Of a DNA stretch of 55,666 bases, positions 25,404-34,189 are shown in pieces. The first letter of the stretch is position 1. Every line of letters begins with the position of its first letter. The notes beneath the pieces were generated by a model. The model saw only the letters and a program-made list of their open reading frames with translations. It was not told the DNA's origin and ran no database searches. The position numbers and the translations under genes are program-made. The stretch is from a virus (taxonomy: Duplodnaviria; Caudoviricetes): positions 1 to 55,666 of IMG/VR virus record IMGVR_UViG_3300018080_000024, one strand, 5' to 3'.

Positions 25404-25748
25404 ATGAGGTCGATGTTGGGGATCAGGTGTGTGCGATGCGGCGTGTTTGAGCTCGTCTCAAGCCCGCCCAAAGGGGCCAATCGCAAATGGTGGATCAATC
25501 ATCAGCTATCCCGTCGCGGGTGGAAACTGTCGCCTTCGCGAGAGTATCTCTGTGTCAAGGCGCGAGAGGATGTACCCGCCCTGGCCGCTGAGGTGGAGCG
25601 CCTGCATGATCTGGTGCGGCGGCTGTTCGAGACGGGCGCGTGCAAACACCTAGGCTCGGGCGAAATCCCGGCGCGGTGTGACCTGTACACAACGGATGAT
25701 TGCCCGTGGTGCGAGGCGAGCGAGTTGCTGGATGAGGCGGAGGGCTAG
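25404..25748 (+). CDS. Small zinc-finger protein, paralog 3
   Basis: CVRC, AREDVPALAAEVERLHDLVRR and CPWC...LLDEAEG. Confidence 0.65.
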   Translation: MRSMLGIRCVRCGVFELVSSPPKGANRKWWINHQLSRRGWKLSPSREYLCVKAREDVPALAAEVERLHDLVRRLFETGACKHLGSGEIPARCDLYTTDDCPWCEASELLDEAEG

Positions 25749-25751
25749 GCA

Positions 25752-26348
25752 ATGCTGTACGCATTTGATTCGAGAGCGGCGGCGGCCATCGACAACACGC
25801 GGCCTGGCGATGCCCCTGGGCCGCTGGACGCAGAGCAGCCCTACTGGGCGGCTTGGGCGATTCCAGTGGTACCAATCATGGCAGGGCCGGTGCCGGTAGC
25901 CGGGGAGCGTGTCGTGCCCGTCTATCCCCACGTGATGCTCACGCCCCAAGAGTGCTTGATCCCCGACGCGGGCATCCTCATCCACCGTGACGACGGGCGT
26001 TCCAACGTCACGCCTGAGGACATCATCGAGCGGCTACACGAGGGTGCTGGACCGTTCCCGCTGCGGCCACCGATAGATCAACCGTCGTGGGCGCAGCTGT
26101 GGATATACGAGGTCCGTTGGGTCCAGCGCATGCGCCTCCACGACCTCGAGGTGGGGATGATCCGTGAGATGGGCGTCTATATCCCGGCCAACGTCGAGGA
26201 GCTCGCCCGTGAGGAGGATACGTCCGTGCTCGCGTGGACCAAGGCCAAGATGGCGCGCACCTGGGACAAGATGCTTGGCAACTACGACGCTGGCTCCTGG
26301 GACGACAACCCGCAGCTATACGTGGCACGCATGAAACGACTCACCTGA
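25752..26348 (+). CDS. ASCH/PUA-like hypothetical protein
   Basis: C-terminal VRWVQRMRLHDL...WD...SWDDNPQLYV pattern of ASCH-related phage proteins. Confidence 0.5.
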   Translation: MLYAFDSRAAAAIDNTRPGDAPGPLDAEQPYWAAWAIPVVPIMAGPVPVAGERVVPVYPHVMLTPQECLIPDAGILIHRDDGRSNVTPEDIIERLHEGAGPFPLRPPIDQPSWAQLWIYEVRWVQRMRLHDLEVGMIREMGVYIPANVEELAREEDTSVLAWTKAKMARTWDKMLGNYDAGSWDDNPQLYVARMKRLT

Positions 26349-26354
26349 AAAGGC

Positions 26355-26383
26355 TTTACTTTTTCAAAGAGGTATTATATAAT
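26355..26383 (+). promoter_or_regulatory. Sigma70-type promoter
   Basis: TTTACT 26355-26360, 17-bp spacer, TATAAT 26378-26383, in an AT-rich intergenic gap. Confidence 0.75.
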
Positions 26384-26506
26384 AGGTATGTAGGCTTTAC
26401 CGGCGAAGGCAAGGAGGAGGTGGGCCATGTGATCCCCAAGGACGGCTGCGAACGGGAGCGCCTCGATGAGGGCGGGGCGCTTCACCCTTAGACACCCATG
26501 GAGGCT

Positions 26507-26974
26507 ATGATGAGCGAAGACGGCGAACGATACGAAGTGGATCAAGAGACTGGCGAGGTACTGGAGGAACCACACGATGAACCCGAGATGGCCGACCGGC
26601 GGCTCCGCGTGCGATTGGTGTCGTACCGGCGCACCATCAATCTCGGCGACTATGAATCCGTCCAGTTGGAGGAGAGCGTCATTGTCCGGGCGGAAGGGCT
26701 CGAAACGGTGGAGCAAGCGATAGCGCTGGAGCAGGCCGCGTGGGACAAGGTGCGCGGCGACGTCCGCGAGCAGGCCACGGCGATCCTGGAGTGGCGACGC
26801 AAGCGCCGCGAGAACGCGCTCCGTGTTCAGCTAGCGAATCTGCCTCGGCATGTGAAGGCGGCGGCGCTCGACCTTGTGCGCGACTGGATCGACGAATTCG
26901 CAGATGTTCCAGAGACCGAGGACGTCCGGCGGGCGCTAGGCGCGGACGTGGCGCAGGAGGCGAGCAATGACTAG
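26507..26974 (+). CDS. Hypothetical protein
   Basis: VDQETGEV and RTINLGDYES motifs typical of phage recombination-region proteins. Confidence 0.7.
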   Translation: MMSEDGERYEVDQETGEVLEEPHDEPEMADRRLRVRLVSYRRTINLGDYESVQLEESVIVRAEGLETVEQAIALEQAAWDKVRGDVREQATAILEWRRKRRENALRVQLANLPRHVKAAALDLVRDWIDEFADVPETEDVRRALGADVAQEASND

Positions 26975-27485
26975 ACCAGTCATGGACTACCTGGGCAAGT
27001 GGGTCGCGATGGTGGATGGCCCGGTCACTGGCGAGACGGGACGGGTCATGTCCATCAAGAGCGAAGGGCCTCCGGCGAAGCCCCACGTGAGTGTGTTTGT
27101 GAAATCGCCGACGGCGCAATGGTGGGGACCCCTGAGCTTCCTGCGCCTCGCCCCAGAGGCCATCCCCGAAACGGTGCTATGGGATACGGTGAACCAGCAT
27201 GGAGGCGTCGACGAGTTGACCACAGTGCGCAAGCCGTACGTGATGACGCGCCTGTCTGCGACGCTCCCCGATTATGCCGGGGAGCCGGTCGTGATCGAAG
27301 GCGTCGGATTTGCCAAGTGGAACCCAAACGACAGAGGAGACCCGGCCTGGGACTGGAAAGAAGGGCGCGGACGGATTATCGCGCATCAGCGAGCTAGACT
27401 CGATATGCTGCGGCACCTGCGGCATGCGGTAGGATCGTGGCGAGTACCACTACATCCCAGGGCGATGGAAGAGCAGAATGACTGA
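26967..27485 (+). CDS. Hypothetical protein
   Basis: 172 aa ORF, SD AGGAGG, coupled to neighbours. Confidence 0.65.
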   Translation: MTRPVMDYLGKWVAMVDGPVTGETGRVMSIKSEGPPAKPHVSVFVKSPTAQWWGPLSFLRLAPEAIPETVLWDTVNQHGGVDELTTVRKPYVMTRLSATLPDYAGEPVVIEGVGFAKWNPNDRGDPAWDWKEGRGRIIAHQRARLDMLRHLRHAVGSWRVPLHPRAMEEQND

Positions 27486-27921
27486 GCAGCAGGACTATCT
27501 AAGCAAAATGGTGACGGCGGCCTTGGCGCTAGCGGAGGCCGAGACGACCTTGGGCATCCTGGAGGCGGACCGGCTCTATGCGGCGCATGAGGTATCACTG
27601 GCGGAAAGCGCCCTCGCCTACATCAAGGCGGACGTGCTCTATGAGGCCTACGAAGTGGGGGGCCTGGACGGCGGAAATGCGCAGACGCGCAGCATTGCCG
27701 CTGATGCCGCAGTGGAGACCAATGCGCGGTACATTGACGCGATGGCCGCGCTTCAGGCGGCTCGGCGACACTTAGCGTGTGCGGAGAAGGCGGCGGTGAT
27801 AAACAAGGGCGTGCGGAATGCCCGAGCCGCCGAACTTCGAGCCTATCAGACGGCGGTGAACGCGCTGGCGAACGTGATGCAAGCGGAAGCAGAGGAGGAT
27901 ACATGCCTGTTGGAGGGATAG
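27478..27921 (+). CDS. Hypothetical coiled-coil protein
   Basis: 147 aa Ala-rich helical ORF with GGNAQTR motif. Confidence 0.65.
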   Translation: MTEQQDYLSKMVTAALALAEAETTLGILEADRLYAAHEVSLAESALAYIKADVLYEAYEVGGLDGGNAQTRSIAADAAVETNARYIDAMAALQAARRHLACAEKAAVINKGVRNARAAELRAYQTAVNALANVMQAEAEEDTCLLEG

Positions 27922-29225
27922 TCAACGACGTTCGGCGCGGATGGCGCGTGCTGGGGCGCGTCAAAAAGGGCGCACCCAAAGGTCAAGGGCTCCACAACCG
28001 CAACTATTTCAGACTCGACACCAATGATGAGGATCTGCTTCACGCCTGGGCGGATGTCTATGGCGCGGAGCCACGCTCGCTGGACGTCACGCTGCCATAT
28101 GACCTACTGCGCGACAACTGGGATCAGTGGCTAGAGCTGTGGGGGGCCGGGGGCACGCTCAAGGTGCGATGTAACGGCACCGACTGGGTACAGTGGCGGG
28201 ACTCCCAGGGGGTTCTCCACAACGATCCTCGCCCTTGCCCGTGGTGTAGCGGGGAGCGAGCCAACGATCCCAACCAGCACCAACTCGTGGGGCGTCTGTT
28301 TGTGATGTCCCCGCCACTGCTGGAGCGAGGCTTCAGCGGCGTGCTGATGCTCGTCACCGGATCGTGGAATGACTGCCGCAACATCGAGCGCACCCTGCGC
28401 ACGGTGGACGACATCGTGGACGGAGAGCTTGGCGGCGTGCCGATGGTGTTGAGCCGGTCCTGCGAAAAGATCACGATGACCCGCGACGGCAAGCGCGTCC
28501 GCCGCGATGACTGGCTGGTGCGGCTAGACCCCAATGCCCAGTGGCTCCAGCGGCGCATGGAGCTCCAGCGGCTCCGAGCTATTGAGTCTCGTCCCCGCGC
28601 AACGGCGGCGGCGGGCGTGGCTCCGACGGGGGCCGATAGCAGTGACGACCAGATCCCCTTTGATGAGCCGCCTGTCGCTGAGGATGACTGGGACGGGCCT
28701 AACGGACCGTATGATGAGCCGCCTCCAGACGATGATGAAGGTGAGCCTATCTCGACGGGGCCGACGGACGCACAACAGGCCAGGGACAACGCCCCGCCAG
28801 CGTCAACGAGAGGCCGAGGCAATCCGTTGTACAAAGGAGACACCTCACCGCCCTCGCCTGGCGTGCGGTCACCGGAGACGGTTCAGAAGGAGCTCAAGGC
28901 GCAAGCCTGGGACCTGGACCACAAGGGCGTCGTGTTATCCGGCCAGCAGCGCGGCGCTATGGTCGGAGCCCTCAACACTCTTTTTCAAACTGAAGGGGCG
29001 AGCGCGGAGCGCATCGCGCAAGGGCGGCACCTTGTCCAGGACTATGTGTTCGGAAAGCCCAAATCAGAGGACCTGACGCCCGGTGAGGTGCTGTCGCTGC
29101 TGTGGTGGGCGCAGACCCGTACCGATGATGGAGGATACGCGCCGAGCCCCCAGGCGATGAAAGAGGCGCAGGTCATCGAGAAGGAAGCCCTCGCCGCTGG
29201 GGGCCAGGACGAAATCCCATGGTGA
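27903..29225 (+). CDS. Gp3-like (recombination directionality factor-like) putative recombination protein
   Basis: GRVKKG...YFR...YGAEPRSL...W...VRCNG...CPWC...GRLFV...LVTGSWN; acidic linker; C-terminal DEIPW. Confidence 0.6.
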   Translation: MPVGGIVNDVRRGWRVLGRVKKGAPKGQGLHNRNYFRLDTNDEDLLHAWADVYGAEPRSLDVTLPYDLLRDNWDQWLELWGAGGTLKVRCNGTDWVQWRDSQGVLHNDPRPCPWCSGERANDPNQHQLVGRLFVMSPPLLERGFSGVLMLVTGSWNDCRNIERTLRTVDDIVDGELGGVPMVLSRSCEKITMTRDGKRVRRDDWLVRLDPNAQWLQRRMELQRLRAIESRPRATAAAGVAPTGADSSDDQIPFDEPPVAEDDWDGPNGPYDEPPPDDDEGEPISTGPTDAQQARDNAPPASTRGRGNPLYKGDTSPPSPGVRSPETVQKELKAQAWDLDHKGVVLSGQQRGAMVGALNTLFQTEGASAERIAQGRHLVQDYVFGKPKSEDLTPGEVLSLLWWAQTRTDDGGYAPSPQAMKEAQVIEKEALAAGGQDEIPW

Positions 29226-29728
29226 AGGAGACACCGACCGCGATTATCAAGCGGTTGCGCAGAAACGCGCTGCTGAGTCAGTCGACCCTGGGGGAGGCCT
29301 TTGGCCTTTCCCCGGGAGGCATCGCCAGGATCGAAAGTGGGAGCCTGCCGTTGTCCAGGGCGAGGCGGGCAAACTTTGAGGCGTACCTCGTGCCGCGCTG
29401 GAGGGTGATGAGCGACATGCTGGACCCGGAGGGCGTGCTAGACGTGCGACAGCTGCGCATCGCGCATCGTGTCCTATCCGCCGTGCTAGCTATCGTCGCG
29501 GAGTCTGCTGATGGCGTGACCTCCGTCGATGAGCTGGCTGTCATGATCGGAAGTGGGCCCATGGCGACGCGCAACGCGCTCGATCATCTAGTCCGTGTAG
29601 GACTGGCCGAGGCCGTGTACAGCAAACAGGGCGTGGTGGTGGACGAGACGTCCGCCGGGCTGCGCTATAGAAGGGCGTGTGATGCCAAGACGTGGCTGCT
29701 AGAGAAGAGACAAGAAGGAGGGTTCTGA
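29219..29728 (+). CDS. XRE-family HTH protein with second winged-helix-like domain
   Basis: IKRLRRNALLSQSTLGEAFGLSPGGIARIESG. Confidence 0.7.
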   Translation: MVKETPTAIIKRLRRNALLSQSTLGEAFGLSPGGIARIESGSLPLSRARRANFEAYLVPRWRVMSDMLDPEGVLDVRQLRIAHRVLSAVLAIVAESADGVTSVDELAVMIGSGPMATRNALDHLVRVGLAEAVYSKQGVVVDETSAGLRYRRACDAKTWLLEKRQEGGF

Positions 29729-29953
29729 ATGGCACAACGAGCGGCATTGATGGCGTTGGCAGGAACGGCAACTGGACTGGTCATAGGACTAGCCGCGCTA
29801 GGCGTGGTGCTGATGGTCTATGCGCGCAAGCAAGCGGTTTCTGAGTCGCCCGCCGACCGAACTATGCGGAAGGCCATGGACACCGGACTCGTATTGCTGG
29901 CGATCCTCTTTGGCGTGTTCGGGGCGATATTGGGAACGGTGACATATGGGTGA
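29729..29953 (+). CDS. Small two-TM membrane protein
   Basis: 74 aa with two hydrophobic segments; SD AAGGAGG. Confidence 0.6.
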   Translation: MAQRAALMALAGTATGLVIGLAALGVVLMVYARKQAVSESPADRTMRKAMDTGLVLLAILFGVFGAILGTVTYG

Positions 29954-30044
29954 GCCAGTAGACTGAGCGCGATACGCGCACGAGCGGGCGCGGCGATATC
30001 AGAGCGTCGAGATGTATATGAACCTGTTGGGAGAGGACTAGGCG

Positions 30045-30371
30045 ATGAGGTCTGAACTTGAGCTTTGGTTCGCAGCCCAACTGCGAGATGCTGGGCTTAC
30101 AGAGGGAATGGAGGAGGAGTATGAATTTGAGCCAGGACGACGGTGGCGACTCGACTTTGCTTGGCCGGGGCAGCTCGTCGCCGTTGAAATCGAGGGCGGT
30201 GTGTGGAGCCGAGGGCGACACACTCGGGGAAGCGGATTCATTGGCGATTGTGAAAAGTACAACACCGCCGTCTTTCGTCGCCGTTGGGATACCATGTACG
30301 ATGCGCCATACGCCTGGGCGGACAACCCACTCGTAGTAGTAACTAGATTCAGAGTGATCGAGCATGGTTAG
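30045..30371 (+). CDS. Vsr/DUF559-like PD-(D/E)xK endonuclease, apparently chimeric C-terminus
   Basis: EYEF...RRWRLDFAWP...VAVEIEGG...GRHTRG.GF..DCEKYN, then an ASCH-like tail WD...WADNPLVVV. Confidence 0.65.
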   Translation: MRSELELWFAAQLRDAGLTEGMEEEYEFEPGRRWRLDFAWPGQLVAVEIEGGVWSRGRHTRGSGFIGDCEKYNTAVFRRRWDTMYDAPYAWADNPLVVVTRFRVIEHG

Positions 30372-30693
30372 ACCCAAGCATACTCGCAGGGATATGAATC
30401 ATGCGCGCATAGTCCAGGAATTGCGCGATCTTGGTGCTTATGTGGCGGACTGTGCGGATGTTGGAGGAGAGGTGCCAGACCTATTCGTTTGTTGGAGGGG
30501 CATATGCCGCCCCGTGGAGGTGAAGCAACGAGGGAAAGAACGCGATCTGACGGAGGGCGAGGCCAACTGTAAATGGCGGACTGCACGAGCGCATACGCCA
30601 CTGTTGGTAGTAACGTGTATCGAAGACGTATTGAATGCGTGGGCGAAGCTAATGAAGGAGGGAAGACAACCATGCGACGACGAGAGTTTCTGA
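30364..30693 (+). CDS. VRR-NUC-like nuclease / putative Holliday junction resolvase
   Basis: RRDMNHARIV...VPDL...VEVK...LTEGE PD-(D/E)xK pattern. Confidence 0.7.
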   Translation: MVRPKHTRRDMNHARIVQELRDLGAYVADCADVGGEVPDLFVCWRGICRPVEVKQRGKERDLTEGEANCKWRTARAHTPLLVVTCIEDVLNAWAKLMKEGRQPCDDESF

Positions 30694-31307
30694 CAGGCGG
30701 TACGGGGCTGTTGGCGCTCCTGATGGCCGACAAGCTGGCCCGACTTGATATGGGGCGAGCGCAGCCGCATCGGAAGCCGGAGTTCCCGTCCTGGGAGTGG
30801 GAAGGATTAACTGATACGGCTAGGCCGGGAGAGTTTTCGGGCGAGATGCCAATCAAGAACTTTGCCGAGTGCCCCGTTGTATTGGTCACCCCGCTTAACA
30901 AGCTAGCTGTGCAGATAGTGCGGGAGCCGGAGAATCAGCCTAATCAGTATGGGATAGTACCTGCGCCGTGCATATATGATCAGCTGACGGTGTGGCGCAA
31001 GATTGAGATAGGGGCGAGGGTGGCAAACGACATCGTTGCTAACAATCCGCTGCTAGTGCATCGAGATTGGGCGTGGAGCGGAAGCGGAGCCCCATTTCTT
31101 TTCGTAGTTACGCCTCGCACTGGGGCCCAAACGATGGAGCTAATAGCGCGCCAGATTGTGGACGAATTATGGCGGGAAGGATGGCTAACAGATGAGGAGG
31201 CAGTGAGCGGGTTGCGTAAAGCGGGAGTATTGGGCACTGGGGGCATCGGCGATCTAGGAGGCCGTTCAGATATACAGTTTGATAGTATGAGGGTTGAAAA
31301 GGAGTGA
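30672..31307 (+). CDS. Hypothetical protein with twin-arginine-like N-terminus
   Basis: MRRREFLTGGTGLLALL; 211 aa. Confidence 0.55.
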   Translation: MRRREFLTGGTGLLALLMADKLARLDMGRAQPHRKPEFPSWEWEGLTDTARPGEFSGEMPIKNFAECPVVLVTPLNKLAVQIVREPENQPNQYGIVPAPCIYDQLTVWRKIEIGARVANDIVANNPLLVHRDWAWSGSGAPFLFVVTPRTGAQTMELIARQIVDELWREGWLTDEEAVSGLRKAGVLGTGGIGDLGGRSDIQFDSMRVEKE

Positions 31308-31311
31308 CGAA

Positions 31312-31674
31312 ATGGGGCGTTATTATCAATCAAGAACGTGGATTCTAATCTTGTTAGTCGTGTCGTTGCTAGGACTGTGCTTGCTGATTGGCAAACGAGC
31401 GATGACCGTGGCTGCTACGTCTCGGGGCGTAGTATACGCTTACCCTTTGCCCGAACCGACGCCGACGCCCGGCCTTGCGCCCTATCCTGCGCCCGGGACG
31501 GTAAGGGTGCGATGGATCGTGGAGGGCGACGTGCCCGTCGCAGACGCGGCGGTGCTGGTGCCGGCCTATCGGGTGTATTGTCAAACCGGCGGGCGAGAAT
31601 ACGTGCTACGGCTAGTGCGAGCAAGGGGGACGGACACCGAGCACGAGGCCGTCTACACGCTCAAGTCGCGGTGA
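31312..31674 (+). CDS. Membrane-anchored or secreted protein with Pro/Thr linker
   Basis: N-terminal TM segment then AYPLPEPTPTPGLAPYPAP. Confidence 0.65.
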   Translation: MGRYYQSRTWILILLVVSLLGLCLLIGKRAMTVAATSRGVVYAYPLPEPTPTPGLAPYPAPGTVRVRWIVEGDVPVADAAVLVPAYRVYCQTGGREYVLRLVRARGTDTEHEAVYTLKSR

Positions 31675-31681
31675 TCCGATC

Positions 31682-32299
31682 ATGGCAAACGCTGATTCGG
31701 TAACCGATGACGAAGCGGCTCTGATGGTGCGGCTCTATGAGCAACAGAACTCCATGTCGGCGATCGGTCGGCTGCTAGGCCGGTCGCCGAACACCGTCAC
31801 ACGGTGGCTGAGGCGCAAGGGCGTGACGCTTCGCAGCAGCGGAGAGCAGCGCCACATCGACATCGCCACGGGCGTCTATACTCCAAGGCGCACCGAGTTC
31901 ACCGACGTCGAGCAAGAGGCGCTGGAGCGGATGTACCTGACGGAGAAACGCGACATGCGCTACTGCGCCCGCAAGCTCGGCGTGAGCGAGACGGTCATCA
32001 AGAAGTACGTCTACAAGCATTGGCCCGAAGAGGTGCGCGACAGCGGCCTCCAGCAGCGGATCAACGCGGAACGCAGGCGGAACGGGGATGATGAGGCCGA
32101 GCTTGCCACGGACAAGATGTGCGACCTGTGTGGTATCCTCATCGGCGAGGACGGCGACGACGTTCACCCCAATAGCCCGCCTTGGGCCACCCGCTGCTGG
32201 GCGTGTCGAGCGCAGTGGGGCAACGCGCCCGCCGAAGTAATAGAGGACATGCGCCTCCACAAGTATGAAGAGTGGGCGCGCCTCGCGGAACAGGCTTGA
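31682..32299 (+). CDS. Double-HTH plus zinc-finger regulator
   Basis: SMSAIGRLLGRSPNTVTRWL and CARKLGVSETVIKKY; CDLC and CWAC. Confidence 0.7.
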   Translation: MANADSVTDDEAALMVRLYEQQNSMSAIGRLLGRSPNTVTRWLRRKGVTLRSSGEQRHIDIATGVYTPRRTEFTDVEQEALERMYLTEKRDMRYCARKLGVSETVIKKYVYKHWPEEVRDSGLQQRINAERRRNGDDEAELATDKMCDLCGILIGEDGDDVHPNSPPWATRCWACRAQWGNAPAEVIEDMRLHKYEEWARLAEQA

Positions 32300-32311
32300 G
32301 GCGCATAGGGG

Positions 32312-32340
32312 TTGACACTTATTATGCCATGTGGTATAGT
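32312..32340 (+). promoter_or_regulatory. Sigma70-type promoter
   Basis: TTGACA 32312-32317, 17-bp spacer, TGgTATAGT (32335-32340). Confidence 0.85.
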
Positions 32341-32426
32341 GAGTCATCGAAACGCTGGCTCACCCGGGCAGCGCCGTCCCGGGCTCGATCACAGGCCATC
32401 ATCGCAAGGGACGGCGCGCGGAGGGA

Positions 32427-32615
32427 GTGGCAGTGACAGAAAGCGGACACGTGAGGCGCAGTGTCTATGTAGACCCGCGAGATTGGAAGCGCCTCAAGAT
32501 TGCATTGTTACAACGGGGCCTGACGCTCAGTGAGTGGTGCCGGAGCCGAGTGGCCCAGGACCTCGACGCGATGACTGACAACGGACATGATCGTGACGAC
32601 GGAGCGGACGCATGA
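32427..32615 (+). CDS. Ribbon-helix-helix (CopG/Arc-like) protein
   Basis: RRSVYVDPRDWKRLKIALLQRGLTLSEWCR pattern; first gene after the promoter. Confidence 0.65.
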   Translation: MAVTESGHVRRSVYVDPRDWKRLKIALLQRGLTLSEWCRSRVAQDLDAMTDNGHDRDDGADA

Positions 32616-32686
32616 GCAGGGGGCGTCCGCTCCGTCTTTGTGGGTACAGGCGGCGAATGCTCACGCGGGCGTGAGAATGGAGGGCA

Positions 32687-32881
32687 ATGGCCGTGGAGCC
32701 TATTCCGGACTATATTGTGACCCGAGACATCCAAGGGTGCGCGTCGTGTGGAGCAGACCATGAGCGCGTGACGTTCCGACTCTGCGGTGAGAGCCAGAGC
32801 GGGTTTCTGTACGTGAGCGAGTGCCCCGTGAGCGGGATGACGCTCTACATGATGTTCGAGGGAGGCGGCGAGGATGAATAG
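32687..32881 (+). CDS. Small Cys-rich hypothetical protein
   Basis: CASCGADH...ECPV; SD GGAGG. Confidence 0.55.
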   Translation: MAVEPIPDYIVTRDIQGCASCGADHERVTFRLCGESQSGFLYVSECPVSGMTLYMMFEGGGEDE

Positions 32882-33008
32882 GCGACGGTTTCTGGAGTTC
32901 GTACGTGATGGGGCGGTGGCGGCTATGCGATCTTCGACAACTTGGGCATTCAGATACCCATCGAGGAACTGGCAACACGATGCGGGCAAAGCGCTCGTGA
33001 GGGAATAG
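32874..33008 (+). CDS. Short ORF with twin-arginine-like N-terminus
   Basis: MNRRRFLEF..., 44 aa, overlapping the previous stop. Confidence 0.4.
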   Translation: MNRRRFLEFVRDGAVAAMRSSTTWAFRYPSRNWQHDAGKALVRE

Positions 33009-33048
33009 TGCGTCGCATGATAGAAAGCTTGCGCCGCAAGGCATAGGA

Positions 33049-33690
33049 GTGCCAGGTGAACATAATGTCACGAGCAGGGACCCGGGCATGACGACTAGCG
33101 GACTGGGGCGCTCCAACGCCTATCATCGATGGAGCATGGGCGCAACGGGGCTGCGCAAGCGGCGCGTGGCGACCCTTGTGGCTCGCGGCTATGATCCCTA
33201 TGAGATCGTCCAGCAGATGGGGACGCCGATGATGCCCGACCCGGCGATGCCTGGCGGCGAGCGGCCCAACCCGATGTACACCGTAAACCCCACGACCGGG
33301 GATGCCTATAGCGACTCTACCATCCGCCGTGACGTGGAAGAGATCATGGCCGCGTACAGCCAGTTCAACAGCGAGCGGATCGCCGAGGAGCGCGGGCGGC
33401 TAGTCCATGAGGTGGATGAGATTCGCCGGGGACTTTGGGCGCGCACCGGGACAAGTGGCCTGGAAGCCTACGAGCTACTGATGGAGGCGGTTCGGCTCAC
33501 GGCCAACCTCGCTGGAGCCAATATGCCCCTCGAGGTGCGCAGCCAGAACATCAACGTATCGGTGGCGGACCTGGCCGAGCTCTCCAATGAAGCGCTGGAG
33601 CGGATCGCCAACGGGGAGCCGGTGGAGGTGGTGCTCAGAGAGTGTCGGGACGGCTTAAATGTCGTGGAGGATATGGATGACCAACGATAG
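33049..33690 (+). CDS. Putative terminase small subunit
   Basis: RRVATL..RG, STIRRDV helix, C-terminal DLAELSNEALERIANG; upstream of TerL; start uncertain. Confidence 0.55.
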   Translation: MPGEHNVTSRDPGMTTSGLGRSNAYHRWSMGATGLRKRRVATLVARGYDPYEIVQQMGTPMMPDPAMPGGERPNPMYTVNPTTGDAYSDSTIRRDVEEIMAAYSQFNSERIAEERGRLVHEVDEIRRGLWARTGTSGLEAYELLMEAVRLTANLAGANMPLEVRSQNINVSVADLAELSNEALERIANGEPVEVVLRECRDGLNVVEDMDDQR

Positions 33691-34189
33691 CATCAAGGAC
33701 CTGCGGCCGGACCCGCAGAACGCTCGGCAGCACAACCCTCGGAACCTGGCGATGATCGAGGATTCACTGCGCCGCGTCGGGGCCGCACGCTCCGTTGTCA
33801 TAGACGACGACAACATCATCTTGGCGGGGAATGGCGTGGTGGCCGCAGCCGAGGCCGCCGGGATTGAACGCATACGGGTTATAGAGACGGATGGGGACGA
33901 GATCATAGCTGTGCGGCGGTCCGGACTCACCGACGAGCAAAAGCGCCTCCTGGCGTACTATGACAACCGCACCGCTGAGCTCGCCACTTGGAGCGCGGAG
34001 CAGGTGGTGGCGGACCTTGACGCCGGGCTGTCGCTGGAGGGCATGTTCTACGAGGACGAGTTGGCCACGATTCTAGGGAATGCGGCCGATGACCTAGCTA
34101 GTGTTGAGTTCCGCGAATATGATGAATCGGTGGCCGATGAGGTAGAGTATCTGACGTGCCCGGAGTGTGGACACCGATGGCCGAAATAG
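33677..34189 (+). CDS. ParB/Srx-like N-terminal domain protein with C-terminal zinc ribbon
   Basis: IKDLRPDPQNARQH...SVVIDDDNIILAGNG...DNRTAELATW; CPECGHRW. Confidence 0.8.
   Translation: MTNDSIKDLRPDPQNARQHNPRNLAMIEDSLRRVGAARSVVIDDDNIILAGNGVVAAAEAAGIERIRVIETDGDEIIAVRRSGLTDEQKRLLAYYDNRTAELATWSAEQVVADLDAGLSLEGMFYEDELATILGNAADDLASVEFREYDESVADEVEYLTCPECGHRWPK

Noticed and set aside
32363-32417. Additional ribozyme in the leader after the 32312 promoter
   Set aside because: It has a 10-bp stem (32371-32380/32408-32417) and a GAAA, but no CUGANGA core; treated as an ordinary leader hairpin.
33677-34189. Plasmid partition system
   Set aside because: The ParB-like ORF has only the N-terminal domain, sits with methyltransferase and terminase genes as is common in phages, and no ParA is visible.
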